A stretch of 64,000 nucleotides of DNA from Neophaeotheca triangularis (lineage: Eukaryota): the NCBI GenBank assembly GCA_054600435.1, contig BAAIJX010000014.1:248001-312000 (forward strand), read 5' to 3'. A model generated the notes under the pieces. The model was not told the origin of the DNA. It saw only the letters and a program-made list of their open reading frames with translations, and made no database searches. The position numbers were made by a program, and so were the translations under genes. Of this stretch, positions 32,457 to 44,712 are shown in pieces. How positions within the stretch are numbered: position 1 is the first letter of the stretch; each line of letters begins with the position of its first letter.

Positions 32457-35223
32457 GGTACTTGAGCTGCTGCTTTTGTGGCGGCTTGGGTTTGGAGAAG
32501 AGTTTGAGTTCGAGCGAGTGAAGATGTAGATTCAATTCAAAGCCGTAGCCATAGTATGCCGTCAAAATTGCGACCGATGGCATGCTCGTCTCTTTTGCAC
32601 CTCACCACCGTTTACAATTCCCTAATGCAATTCCTTATGTTTTGACACCCACATAACCATCCAGCGGCCCAGCCGCACCCACACACGACTCTCAAAAAGC
32701 CGTACCCAAGTCACCCCTTGACTCGACTGCCGTTTGCATTATTGATAAAAAAATCCACACTTTGCACAGGCACCCCCGTCTCGGAGCCTGGAGCGCTCTA
32801 CTCCCGCGCCATAGCCCTCACCAAGCTCTCCGAAACGGAAACCTTCGCAAAACTCGACTCCACCATAAGAAACCCTCACGGTCATGCTCGAAGAAATCGC
32901 AGAAGCGGGTTGAGTCGTGTGAGGTGAACCCGACTGCGTTCCGGAAGCGAGCGAGAGTCACGCCACGAAAACCCGCCTCGCCGTTTGGAGGCGCACCCGC
33001 CGTCTGCCGTTGGATATCGAGCGGCTTGCTAGTCGGTTGAGAGAAGGAAGGAAAAGAAAAAAAATACCTCGTCGTTGAGGGCCCGGCTCGGCGATGGAGA
33101 GGTCAAAGCCGAATGTTTCGAAATGACTTGGATAGCGATAGCGATAGCGATAGGGAGTGATGTGTATGCGAACAGGTCTTGTGCTTGAGGGATTGTTTCA
33201 ACTATGACCGGTCATCAAACTGCGGAGATCGGCCCTGGAGCCGGCAGTAGCATGGGTGGGTTTTGTCGCTTTTGTGTGTCTCGAGAGTCACCAAAGAGCA
33301 GTCGCTAGTAACCTACTACTACTACTACTAGTCTCAGGCAACGAAATCGGAGAAGGGTGACGAGACGCGTGCGGGCTGCCCTTTTCCACCGATATTGACA
33401 CCGAAGATCCACAGAAGCAGCGCAAAGGCCGCGAACAGCCATTAGGTATTGTTGTCCTTACCCCTTGGTAGGATGGGCCGTGTACGGAACTGCCACGTTG
33501 ATACCCGAGCTCTAGTAATTAATGCTACACAGATTCTGCAACTACCAAGGTACGTATACGAGAAGAAAACGATTTGCAGTGTGGGAATGCCGCCAACGAC
33601 TCGCGTTCACACGGACCGAATGATTGTCAACCGCATCAGAAAGCCTAGATAGCGCAAAAGACGCAATAGCGTATTGTCTCAATGGGCATTCTCGGAACTG
33701 CATTCGGAAGGCACGCACCATCGCGCCATGTCGAGCAAATCTCACGATCCTCCCGGGCCAACAATCTAAGCTCGGAATAATTGGGCAGGTCGGGTAGATT
33801 GCGCTATGCTGCTTGGGGCAGGATTCCAGAAGGCTTCGGCTGCAGTAGTCAACATTTTGCGGCTGCTGCGGCGGCATCGGAGTCGTAGGTCGGCTTGCTA
33901 GCTACCTAATCCACCTCACGCGCTATGGTGAAGGTGGTTGAGAGATCGACGCTGATATCAAGTATACCTAGCCTTCCAAGGTTCTTCGCGTGATATGATG
34001 ATGATGGTATGATTGTGCTTTGGAGTGGAACGGGCAGACAGTGGAGCCAAGCTTCCCGTTGGGTGCTTGCACATGTTTGCCTAGCCAACCTAGCCATTCT
34101 TATAATTGTCGCCCGCCATATGGACGGCGTATGTGCAGATGCTCCTCGACGGATGAAGCAGTGCGGTGTCGACTTGGACTGACAACTTGGCACTGCGCTG
34201 CCGTTACGTTACACTGCAGCCATGCCGTGCTTACAAAGTAACATGTCAATCTATAGTAGAGTAACGAATAGTTGATTGAGCGAGAACGGCTCAAGGGTGG
34301 GGTTTTGCGTCCATGTTTGCTCATGCTGCTAACGTAAGCTCGCAACGATCAGCATTCACGATCGCCGATTGTCTGGTCGTGAGAGCCCGAGCGAACGGTC
34401 AACAAAGGGATACCGTTCCAGTTCACCGTCGAATGTAGCCGGTTCATTTAAGGAGGCTCTGCCTGATCAAAGCAAAGGACAAACTTGAGGGTGCACGTCG
34501 AGAAAGAGAAGATTGTTAATGTTATTATTGAGGAATGAAAGGCAAGAGAAGGGCGTGCGTGGCTTGTCAAGGACGAATCATAGGCTCATAGCGATGCTGG
34601 GTGGGGCGGGAAGCAGGAGAGGGGAAGCGTGCGAGCAGGCCCGCTAACCGTTAGCAATCTAGTGCGAAAGGATGCCTTCTTGGTGTCTTCCATCAGGCTC
34701 GGCGCTAGACAGCAGATGCCTGTCTTGAAACCCACAGTGTCGCGAGATGATTGGGTATGGAATGCCACTAGAAGGCACATAGATTAGCCCTTGACCCCAG
34801 AGCGGTCCGAGCTGGACGTTAGCGCAGACGACGACGTTGCTCAACCTCGCCACGCACGCGCCATTTCGTCGTGTGTGTGTGTGATGAGACTGCGGCTGTT
34901 CGGTGGTGAGAGAAACGACGTGAGGCTGTAGGCCGTACAGTAGGTAGGGACGCTAACTTGACTGCTATGCTACTAGGGTGAGCACTGCTCTACGAATGCA
35001 CGACGAGAGAGGACCCTTTGCTGCCGTCTCCACCAGCCCGCGCGCGCTCACTCACGGTACCTTGTTATTTTATTCACAGGGGTGTGCACCGTGCTAGGCT
35101 CCCTTCGTCACCCGTGGCCGCAGCCTAGAGGGTCGATCAATACCAGGCTAGTCGGCTACCTATTCGTAGGCTGAAGCGCTACTGCTGTTGCTACTCCTCA
35201 TCCAAGACCCTCGTTTATCTCTC

Positions 35224-35257
35224 TGCACTGCACTGCACTGCACTGCATTGCACTGCA
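35224..35257. repeat. (CTGCA)n pentanucleotide microsatellite
   Basis: CTGCACTGCACTGCACTGCACTGCATTGCACTGCA read directly. Confidence 0.8.
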
Positions 35258-36103
35258 TCGCACCTTCCTCTTTCTTCACCAAGCCCGACGACTACACCTC
35301 CAACGACGACACTTGCAGCAACCCCCCCTCCAAGGCAGGCACAACCATCTCGAGCCCTTGTCGCCGCTACATTAACCACGCCGCCGCTACTACTATCGCC
35401 GCCGACGCCGAACAACGGCCACCACCGACCGAATCCCTCTGCGTCAGACCACCGCCGACGAAACACCGTTTTGCCTGCTCACAACTACGCAACCCTTTCT
35501 GATCTACCGCGACCGACGCCGAGAGCGTGCCCGATCACGACTCTTCCCTACTGTGGAAGATTTCGTTCAGACTCGAAAATACGACCTACCATCGTCGACC
35601 TTGCTTCGTGCTGCCGTTCCCTGGCGTTACCACTCTGTCGCACCGGATCTGTCCCTTTCAGCGACCTTGATAGTGACTGGTCTGGCAGTCCTCTCCCTTC
35701 GGAATCGATCCAGGACACCTGTGCCACTCTTCCCTGCACCTGGTCTCGCACAAAGCCCTGCGTCATTCCATCAGGCACAGGCCTAGCCCTCGGAAGGCCG
35801 CATGTCAACAGTCGCAGACAAACATTTAGCGTGCCTCATCCTCGCACACGGCGGTTGATCTCACAAGAATCTTTTGAATAAAGTCGGGACGTCATACATA
35901 AACAGACCACCGAGAACCTCTCTGCTGTCATCATACCCAGTTACCTGGCAGACTATAGACGACAGTGAGACGTGCACGCCGTCTCACAGGACAAAGTGGC
36001 GTCAATACAGTTTTCCATACGGCAACAGCTGTGTCTCGGTACGGGGTTTCACCGTCGAAAAGCAACGGCGGGGACTAGTCGAAAGACACTGTTCAGGAAC
36101 GTT

Positions 36104-37294
36104 ATGATTGTGCGAAAGCCATCCTCGCAGTTCACTTCTTCTTCATCCACCTCTTCCACATCTTCTGCTTCCACCAAGAGCAGTACAAGCCTTTACACCA
36201 CCACAGTCTTGACAGAGGACTGTGACTCCGACAGAGAAAACATGTCGGCGGACGACATAATACCGAATTCCAAACCCCTGAGCGTCTCCATACCAAAGAG
36301 CAGTGCGATACATGGTCCATACTGCCCTCGCAGACCCAACCTGAGAGAAATACTCGCAAACACAGCACCAGCGCCATGGACTCTAGCAGCCTTCATGGCG
36401 TATCTGAGCAACAACCATTGCCTAGAGACTCTGGAGTTTACAATGGACGCTGGGCGGTACAAGAAACATTACTCCAAAATGCTTTCACGAGGGACGCCAA
36501 CAAGCCAGGACAAGGAATATGTAGCCTTGCTATGGCAACGGTTAATAGAGGCCTACATCCAACCCAACGGCAGCCGAGAAGTCAACTTACCCTCGGAGGT
36601 CCGGGATCCGATCCTCAATCTCGAAACTACTTCCATGCCACCCACACCAGAGACTCTTGATCCGGCTGTAGCCAAAATCTACGAGTTGATGGAGGAATCT
36701 GTGCTGGTCCCCTTCCTCAACAGTGTCTACCCCCAAGCCGCCCCACCTACCATCTCTTCCTGCCCAATCACCTCGGAAGAGTCACTTCCTCAAACCGCGA
36801 ACCCATACGATAACAGCAACCACCACCACGGCTGGGTACGACGCAACCGGCACACACGTAGCTCCCCGCCACCGCAGACGGCTGTGGAGCCCCATGCGCA
36901 CTCCTACTCCGCTCCATCAAACTTTAACCGCAAATCCGCACCATCAACACTAACGGCCAACCTCACCAAAACCCGCATGAGTTCGAAGTTCTCCCCTACT
37001 TCCTCTCACGTCGGTTCCGGCCAGCCATTTGCTTCGTTGACGACAGCTGCTCACAGCTATCCCGAGTCCAGTGGTCCTGGAATGACAGACGACAGCGGTA
37101 GCACTGGCAGCCCAGTCAACGATAGCCCGATGACGCCTCCCACGAGCCCCCCCATGAGCGAACTCGGATCTCCCAACCACAGTCCCCGCACCAGTAGGGA
37201 CTCGGGCATGTGGAAGAAACTTGGCAGGCTGAGCGGGATGGGTGGGATGAAGGTTGGGAGGAAGAAGAGCGGGGGCTTGAAGGAGGAGGAGTAG
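36104..37294 (+). CDS. Regulator of G-protein signalling (RgsA-like)
   Basis: RGS box: FMAYLSNNHCLETLEFTMD...YIQPNGSREVNLPSEVRD...IYELMEESVLVPFL. The start is ATG 36104 or 36242 (35972 is GTG). Confidence 0.87.
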   Translation: MIVRKPSSQFTSSSSTSSTSSASTKSSTSLYTTTVLTEDCDSDRENMSADDIIPNSKPLSVSIPKSSAIHGPYCPRRPNLREILANTAPAPWTLAAFMAYLSNNHCLETLEFTMDAGRYKKHYSKMLSRGTPTSQDKEYVALLWQRLIEAYIQPNGSREVNLPSEVRDPILNLETTSMPPTPETLDPAVAKIYELMEESVLVPFLNSVYPQAAPPTISSCPITSEESLPQTANPYDNSNHHHGWVRRNRHTRSSPPPQTAVEPHAHSYSAPSNFNRKSAPSTLTANLTKTRMSSKFSPTSSHVGSGQPFASLTTAAHSYPESSGPGMTDDSGSTGSPVNDSPMTPPTSPPMSELGSPNHSPRTSRDSGMWKKLGRLSGMGGMKVGRKKSGGLKEEE

Positions 37295-39838
37295 GGCTTT
37301 TACCCTTCCTTTCTCGCCTTCTTATGTATGTTTTTGATCGAGCGTTTCAGCGGCTTCATTGGCGATTATGGAAGGGAAAGGGCATTGCGAGGCTTTCTGA
37401 ATGACCGTTGCTTCCAGGCTCAGTAGTCCGGCGGAGACAGCAGGAAGAGGAGGGAGCGCGAGAAGGCATGGCGCCCTCGCGGACGGAAAGGAAGGAAAGC
37501 AGAGTTCGGGCGTCTTGACAGCATTTATGAGGGCCATGGGGGATTTTGACGAACGACAAGATGATTGATGATGACTATTTTGCACTCGCCTCTTTTGCTA
37601 CCGGCAGCGAGGGGAAAAGGGAGGAGGCACTGCCCAGTGCCAGTGCCGTTACTACTTTGAGCTTCTACACACCTGTATCAGATACCCACGTTTCCTTTGC
37701 TCGCTACACTCTTACCATCTCCTCACCCTCGTGCCGCCCCTCATCTCCTCAAAGCAATACCACAGTACCAAGTCAAAGGACACTCCTCCACAGTAGAACT
37801 AGCACACGTGACAACCTCCTCGGGCATAGAGTTCCGACCCTTCCGACCACGGGATCCCAGCGAACCCAAAAAAAAAAAAAAAAAAAAAGAAAGAAAGAAA
37901 GAACAAACCCCCCCTGTAACCGCAAAACACCGCCAATCATTTGTAGAGAACTTGGAAAGCCTATTATTATTATTATTATCATCATTGACCACAGCACCCA
38001 GCGTCCCCAAACTCAAGCCCCGGAGATGTTCATCTTTTTCTCCAAACGTTACAACGCGCGCGGAGTCTTCTTCGGAGGCTTTTGTGCTTCTTTTGAAACT
38101 CTTTTCAGTAGTCTTGGCTCTTGTTGATCGCTGGGTTCTTGAGTTTTGAATTTTGGGAGGGGGTTTCTTTGCTTGATGGGTACGGGTACGGTTACGGTCA
38201 GGTCACGGTCACAATCACGGTCTCGGGGAGTGGAGGTTTGCTGTCCTAGAGCTATGTGGGAGGGGTTTTTGTTTTTGCTGTGGATGATTTGGCTTCTTTG
38301 GGGGGGGGGTTGTTTTTTAACCTACTAGGGGTTTTCATTCTTGGGTTCGATGGTTGAGTTGTCTTTACTACTTGCTGGGCTCAGGGCGCGGTAAGTGTTG
38401 TTGAGGGGGAGGGGTGGGGGGGTTTGAGTTTTGGGTTGTGCAGTGTAGGGTGCCGGTGGAGTGGAGGTGAGTGGAGTTGGAGGTTTGGGTAGGTGGTGTA
38501 GACTTCTACGGAGCTGGACGGTGTTTGGGGGGGTTGTGGGAGCGTTGTGTTTCTTCTTTGGCTGTCTTGGGGGGCGTGTCTGTTTGGCGGCGGTTTGGGA
38601 GATGGTGAGGAGTTTCAGGGTGGGCGGATAATTTCTCGTCAATGAATAGAAGATATAATATATGGCCGGTGCAGCTCTTGCTTTGAGAGCAGAGCAGCTG
38701 GCCAGATTCACTTCTTGTTGGTTTCCTACCTCAACAATACTGGAATGTGCGCAGACGTTTTGTTTGGAAAGACGTCAGTCTCTTTGGCACTTGACTTTAG
38801 GTACATGATATGGACATGCCGTTTCGACCGTTGTGTCTTCAATCACACTTTTCTAACACGGGTATCACGATGTCCGCAATTGGAAGGACATGCCTTCCTC
38901 CCTGACACGGCGCGATTCGAATATAGGTACTTCTCCGGCCCTGATACCTTCGTCCACCTGTGGCTCTCGGTTTCCCTAAGGTCGATACCTTATCTTCAGG
39001 CCCAGACATCAATCGCACGTGCCTTTAGTTGGACCTTTGAGATGGTTGGTCAGAGAATCGGCCCCGATGGCCGAAGTCTGATCGGCGCCCGCCGTCCTAG
39101 TCACACCAGCGTCACCGTCACCGTCTTCCGAACATTGATGAGGTGAGGTATTGTTGCCAGAGAGGCCTCATCAGCTCGTGGTGTCACCGGTCAAGGTTGA
39201 TAAGGTATGTAAAAAGCGGCCGTTAGCCTTGCTGCAGCATTCTGATAAGAAGACCGCCTCGCAAGGTTCCTAGGTAATAGTAAGTCTTTCTTTGCTACCC
39301 ATATCTATATGTCACGTATGTCTACAGTAAAGCTGACCTAAGGACGGGACGGGAACCTTGAAAAGAAGGTGACGTACTTCAGTCTTCAAGCCTCTGCAGA
39401 CACCTCAGCCTAGAGGTACCTTACCGTGTGGTACTACACAGCGAGACAGTGCAGACTGTCCCGGACCTCCACTCTGAGCGGCACCTGGCTGCGAATCTCG
39501 ATAGTAGTAAGGTACTACTACTATGTACCTTCTAGATTGACATGTTCTTCTTCCTGCAGGCCCTGCCTCCACGTCGTCAGTATTACCGTCCTGCTAGGCA
39601 TTAATCAATATTCTTATCCATTGCAACACCGGCTATGCAAGTTGCCTCGTCGACTGTCCCAATCCCTTATGTCGCTATACCTCACTTCCTATCTCTCCAT
39701 GTCCAGTAATTAGTACCTGGAAGTAGGCATGCTACGCGCATGGAGATCAGGTCGAACGCGCAACCTTGGCGACTGAGATAGCAAATAGCGACAACATCAC
39801 TCTACACCCTCTCTGTTTGCGCGCGCATTTCATCTGCA

Positions 39839-40747
39839 ATGGATGGACAACTACCAACCCCGGGAAGCGACTACAGCCAGGTGCGCCCTCGCCCGCTCAA
39901 CTTTTCACGGCCCAGACCGACTCCAACAGATAGGCCTGTCACGCGAGATCGCAGCCATACTAGCGGTAGTACGCCAACAGTCTCAGCTTGGAACGATTCA
40001 AACAGTCAGAATCCTCCCACACCCACCGAGCTACCAGGCGACTTTCCTCCCGTAACAGCAGTCGAGCTGCCCGCCGAACCACGATTCTCTTCCGATTCAG
40101 ATCGCCCGGATACCGCATCTACACACTCAACGGGCAACGCATCCTCAGCCGCGAGCGAATTCGCCTGGGACACCGAGACGGGCGAGCTCCGTAGCCGCAG
40201 ACGACCACAAGAATTCGATGCTCAGCGCGCCAGACAAAGCCGCACCACTACCAACACCACACGATCGAGCCAACAAACCGCCGGCACATCAACGACCGCG
40301 GTAAACTCCGACGTATCCGACATTGCCGAGTTACCAGGCTCGCAACCTCCCACCCCCGCAGCAAAGCCAGAACAAGATTCGGCACCACCACCGATCCCAG
40401 CAAAATGGGGTCCGAAGATCGTAAAGCGCACCTCCTTTGATCAGATGAGCGAGCGCATCTCAATATCCGGGCAAACGACGGAAACCAGCTCGAGCGGTGG
40501 GGCCGGCGGCTGGGAGGACACGGCATCACACCACACGGTTTCGATGGATGGGGAAGGGGACGGAGGGGAAAACGAGCGTCGTAAGTGGAAGAGCTCCGAT
40601 TACGATACCAGCGGGCTAAGTCATTCAGAGATACAGAAGTTGAAGAAAAAGGGCATCAACCCCGCGTTGTATGCGGAGATGAAGGCCGCGAGGAAGGGCA
40701 AGGGCAAGTGGATGGGGCCGCTGTCGGGGAATTCCTTTTTGGGGTGA
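39839..40747 (+). CDS. Hypothetical Pro/Ser/Thr-rich protein with a compact basic C-terminal motif
   Basis: 302-aa ORF with ELP[GA] repeated three times; ends YDTSGLSHSEIQKLKKKGINPALYAEMKAARKGKGKWMGPLSGNSFLG. Confidence 0.72.
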   Translation: MDGQLPTPGSDYSQVRPRPLNFSRPRPTPTDRPVTRDRSHTSGSTPTVSAWNDSNSQNPPTPTELPGDFPPVTAVELPAEPRFSSDSDRPDTASTHSTGNASSAASEFAWDTETGELRSRRRPQEFDAQRARQSRTTTNTTRSSQQTAGTSTTAVNSDVSDIAELPGSQPPTPAAKPEQDSAPPPIPAKWGPKIVKRTSFDQMSERISISGQTTETSSSGGAGGWEDTASHHTVSMDGEGDGGENERRKWKSSDYDTSGLSHSEIQKLKKKGINPALYAEMKAARKGKGKWMGPLSGNSFLG

Positions 40748-41090
40748 GTTTGATGAGGGAGTCGGCGGTGAGCCCTGACTACTGCTCGGGCGTTTTGTGG
40801 CGTTTTGGTGGGCATAGATACCATTTGTATACTGGTTTGGTTCACTGGACTTGCTCTGGCGATGGATTTCGCTTTTCCTTCCAGGCTCCTTCTCGCTGTG
40901 GAGAGCACTCACTGCTACTGTAGTCGCTCATGATCGGCTGAGGTATCATCTTCGTGCTAGGTCTATGCTGGGAGAAGCCAGCCACGAACGAAGCACCATA
41001 TAAGCGATACTCAGTGACCCAGATATGAGAAAGTCGACTCTGCGGGCCTCTACGCCGACCTTGCTTCCCAAAAGAGTTCACATCGCCTCA

Positions 41091-42732
41091 CTAAAACTCG
41101 ACTGCCACGCGAGTACTCGATGTCGTCTCCAGCGCGGCAGCATCCAGATCCCACCCAGCCCTTCTCAGAGGCTCTTCAAACTTCTCGACAAGTCCCCGGG
41201 CTTCATCTCGACACAAGGCCAGATAGAGGTCTGCATCACTGGGATCAGTCGTAGTCGACTGTCCTTTTCTATCCCTTCGTAAACTCGCCAACTGCTCCTC
41301 CTGTTTGCCCAGGCTATTTGCGAATAGTAGAGCATGCCACCATGCAGTCAGCTGATCAACAGCCGTAGCGCCCTTTTTGAGCACGATCTGCAAGTGGGCA
41401 TCTCCTCTCGAACTCGGATGCTTCGCCCATCCCAGCAGATACCCGCTCTCCTTGAACAACTCAATATGATAAGCCAGTCTCGCATCATCAAACGCAAAAG
41501 AGCCGCTCGCAGTCTTACCCGAGCAATGAGCTTCGAGAAACCGCGCCATCGAGACCCCTATAGCACAAAACCCCACACGCCGCCCCTTCACATCCCTCAA
41601 AACCCCATCCCGCTCGAAAATCCTCTCGAGCCTCGCAATATCCACCGGCGTCGGCACGGCCCCCCGCCCAGCCCCAGCACCTCCCCTCGAAACCCACCCC
41701 AAAACCAACCCCGCCCGCTGCCGACTCAAACTCCTCAAACAAACCGCCCTAACCGCCCTCCGATTCAACTCCAAATGCAACCCCAACAAAACAACCAAAA
41801 CCCCCCAACTCTGCAACCCGGGCTCCACAAACCCCACCACCCACGTCCCGACCAACAATCCCAGCAAAGAAACCACAGTCTCCTGACTCGAGTCCTTGGC
41901 ATTCAACTCGCCCAAATTCCCCCACCGCGCAAAATGCTGGCTCAGACTCGCCTTGGCACTACCGGCCGCGACGCCACACAACGCGCGCAGCACCGAAGAC
42001 GCGCTCAAAACCAACACGCGCAAAACCCTGGGGAAGACCGGTGATAGGCTGTCGAGCACGAAAGCGACATCGTTGAGCACGTCGGCCAGGAGCCGGTATT
42101 TCTTGCTCTCGGGCTCGAGCGCCGTGCCCTGCTTGGCCGCGAAAGCTATCGTGGCCATGCGGCCGCAGGTTTCTTGCAGGGTCGAGAGCAGGAGTGCGGA
42201 CGTTGCGGTTGCTGTTGCGTCGCCGACGCCTAGGCCTGTGAGCACGGCTCGGCTGGAGAGGAGGGAGGCGATGCTGCTGGCGAAGGCTTGGAGGGAGTCC
42301 TTGAGGGGGTGGGTTTGGGGGTTAGTTTGGGAGTGAGGTGGTGGGTGGGGGATTTGGTCTTGGACTGGAGAGGGCCTACGTAGATTTGGTATCTGGGATT
42401 TTTACTTGGTCAGTGTTGTGTTGGTTTAGTTGGGTTGTTGTTGTTGCTTACTCGAGGTAATCGTCCGTCACGCTGTGAGGGTAGCCAGCTGGCAGGAACA
42501 CGTCGAGGAGTTTTTGCCATTGTGATTTGGTTTCTTTGGGCAGCTGGTCAGGGGTGGTCAATCACATTGGTATTGCGAGAGAGTAGAAATGCACTCTGTT
42601 AGAAGTCGGACGTACGACTACATCGATTCTATTTTGCCCGTGCTGCGTTGAAACGGCGGAATGAATGTATGTCGCAGAGATATTGCCGGCATTGTCGTGC
42701 TCGATAATCTGTAGTCGCTTTTCTGGAGGCAT
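41091..42732 (-). CDS. RUS1 / DUF647 (root UVB-sensitive) family protein, 4 exons including a 13-nt microexon (42392-42380)
   Basis: Spliced VFLPAGYPHSVTDDYLE|YQIY|DSLQAFASSIASLLSSRAVLTGLGVGD; also KKYRLLADVLND and GNLGELNAKDSSQETVVSLLG. Confidence 0.87.
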
Positions 42733-42996
42733 TTCGAAGGCAATTAGAAAGGATCGTTAACCCGTGATGAATCGTATGGTGTTGGGCCTTGGAGTTATTG
42801 ATCAAGTTAACGAAAAGCGACACAGGTAGGTGAAGTAGGAATGGCAAGCGCTAGCCCCAAAACGGAAAGATGAATAGAATCGATGTTCAACAAGACCAGG
42901 GCATCATGTTGCGTTTCTCGCTTTCACGTCTTTCACGTCTATCTCATACATGGCTAGAACGCTGCAAAATGATTCGGAGAACGTGTTGCTTCTCAC

Positions 42997-44409
42997 TCAT
43001 TGCTTGCCAGCTAGAGCCTTCTTCACGGCCTCAATCTGCTCCTTGACTGCGCTTCTGCTGGTACCGCCCTTCGCCGACCTTGCCTCCACACTCTTCTGGT
43101 AGTCGAAGCTCAGGAGAACATCCTTCTCAAACCGCTTGTCCACACCCTGCAGCTGCTCGAAAGACAGCTTGTCCATCGGTTTCTGTTCCCTCTCAGCCAA
43201 CGCCACGACCTGACCGCTGATGTGATGGGTCTCGCGGAAGGGTACACCCTTCCGTACCAAGTAATCTGCCAAGTCCGTAGCCAGCATGTCCGGCGTAAGG
43301 GAACGCATCATGTTCTCTGGCTGAATGTCGAGCGTGCTGAGCACACCTGTCGCAATCTGAATGCTGTCGCCGACTGTCTTAACATGGTCCAGCAAGGGCT
43401 CGACAGACTCTTGAAGATCCTTGTTGTAAGTACTCGGAATGCCCTTGATACTCATCATCAGTCCAGTCATGTGCCCAAATGCCCGACCGGATTTGCCTCG
43501 CAGCAGCTCAAGCGAGTCCGGGTTCTTCTTCTGCGGCATCAGCGAGGAGCCAGTGCTGTAAGCATCGGCGAGCTTGACGAAGCTGAACTCGCCGCTGCTG
43601 TAAATGATCAGGTCCTCAGCCCATCGCGACATGTGCATCATGAACATGCTCCCCCATTGCATCGTCTCGACGACGAAGTCCCGGTCCGCGACACCGGCCA
43701 TTGAGTTCATGATCAAACCGTCAAAGCCAAGCTCCTTCGCAATAGCGTCTCTGTCAATATCAAAAGGGTTGCCGGCCAGTGCTCCGCAGCCAAGCGGACA
43801 CCTGTTGACGCGCTTCTTGACCTCTCTCAGGCGTTCCAAATCCGAGGCGAAGTAAGACCCGTACATCAGCATCCAATGCGACCACCGGATCGGCTGAGCG
43901 CGCTGCAAGTGCGTGTATCCGGGCATGACGTGCTCAATCTCCTTCTCCGCCCTAGCCGCAATAACCTTGAGGAAATCGACAAGGAACGTCTCAAGCTGCT
44001 CCAACTGATCCCTCAACCACAATCGCATATCTGTCGCAACCTGATCGTTCCTGCTGCGTCCCGTGTGTAGCTTGCCAGCCACATCTTTGCCGATGATCTC
44101 GCCCAGTCTTCGCTCGTTCGCAGTATGAATGTCCTCGTCTACGCCGGGCTTGATCTCGAATTTGTCGTCTTTCCATTCCTGAAGCACTTGCTTGAAACCT
44201 CGCTCGATCTCCGAGAACTCGTGCTCCGTGAGGATGCCGTTGTTCTTGTTGGCGCGTGCGTATGCTATGCTGCCTCGAATGTCCTGGCTGTAGAAGGCGC
44301 GGTCGAAGTAGATGGATTCGTTGTACTGCATCATAATGGGGTCGAGACCACCAGTGAAGCGGCCTCCCCAGAGCTTGCCGGCCATTGAGGATCCTCCTTC
44401 TTGTGCCAT
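42997..44409 (-). CDS. ARG4: Argininosuccinate lyase
   Basis: KLWGGRF, KLHTGRSRNDQ, PGYTHLQRAQP and the fumarate-lyase signature GSSLMPQKKNPD. ATG at 44409. Confidence 0.96.
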   Translation of the reverse strand: MAQEGGSSMAGKLWGGRFTGGLDPIMMQYNESIYFDRAFYSQDIRGSIAYARANKNNGILTEHEFSEIERGFKQVLQEWKDDKFEIKPGVDEDIHTANERRLGEIIGKDVAGKLHTGRSRNDQVATDMRLWLRDQLEQLETFLVDFLKVIAARAEKEIEHVMPGYTHLQRAQPIRWSHWMLMYGSYFASDLERLREVKKRVNRCPLGCGALAGNPFDIDRDAIAKELGFDGLIMNSMAGVADRDFVVETMQWGSMFMMHMSRWAEDLIIYSSGEFSFVKLADAYSTGSSLMPQKKNPDSLELLRGKSGRAFGHMTGLMMSIKGIPSTYNKDLQESVEPLLDHVKTVGDSIQIATGVLSTLDIQPENMMRSLTPDMLATDLADYLVRKGVPFRETHHISGQVVALAEREQKPMDKLSFEQLQGVDKRFEKDVLLSFDYQKSVEARSAKGGTSRSAVKEQIEAVKKALAGKQ

Positions 44410-44518
44410 GGTCGCTGTGATGGATGGAACGAGCCGACAGTGCGATGCGATAATTTCAATCCGTACAGTGGCTTGACACGTGAAGTTTTGCGATGCCAAT
44501 GGCTCGAATGCTACGTTT

Positions 44519-44525
44519 TGAGTCA
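44519..44525. promoter_or_regulatory. Gcn4/CpcA/Cpc-1 consensus site (TGAGTCA) in the ARG4/VFA1 divergent promoter
   Basis: Exact consensus 110 nt upstream of the ARG4 ATG. Confidence 0.55.
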
Positions 44526-44712
44526 GTGTTTACGGCCGTTTAATCGCAAGATTGTGAGTAGGATGCGCCGATAAGCGCGTTATCTTAGCGCGGACCCTAC
44601 ATCTTGGCGCTTGCGTTCGTCTCAACTTCACATGATCGTAACTTGTAGAGTGAGTTAGTTCAAGAGCGTCTTAGTTGTCGCAGCTCCTTGCAGATAGTTC
44701 GGTACAATAGTC

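Noticed and set aside
31100..36000. Numerous 60-135 aa ORFs upstream of the RGS gene
   Set aside because: No codon bias or recognisable motifs, and mostly non-ATG starts; treated as non-coding apart from U1.
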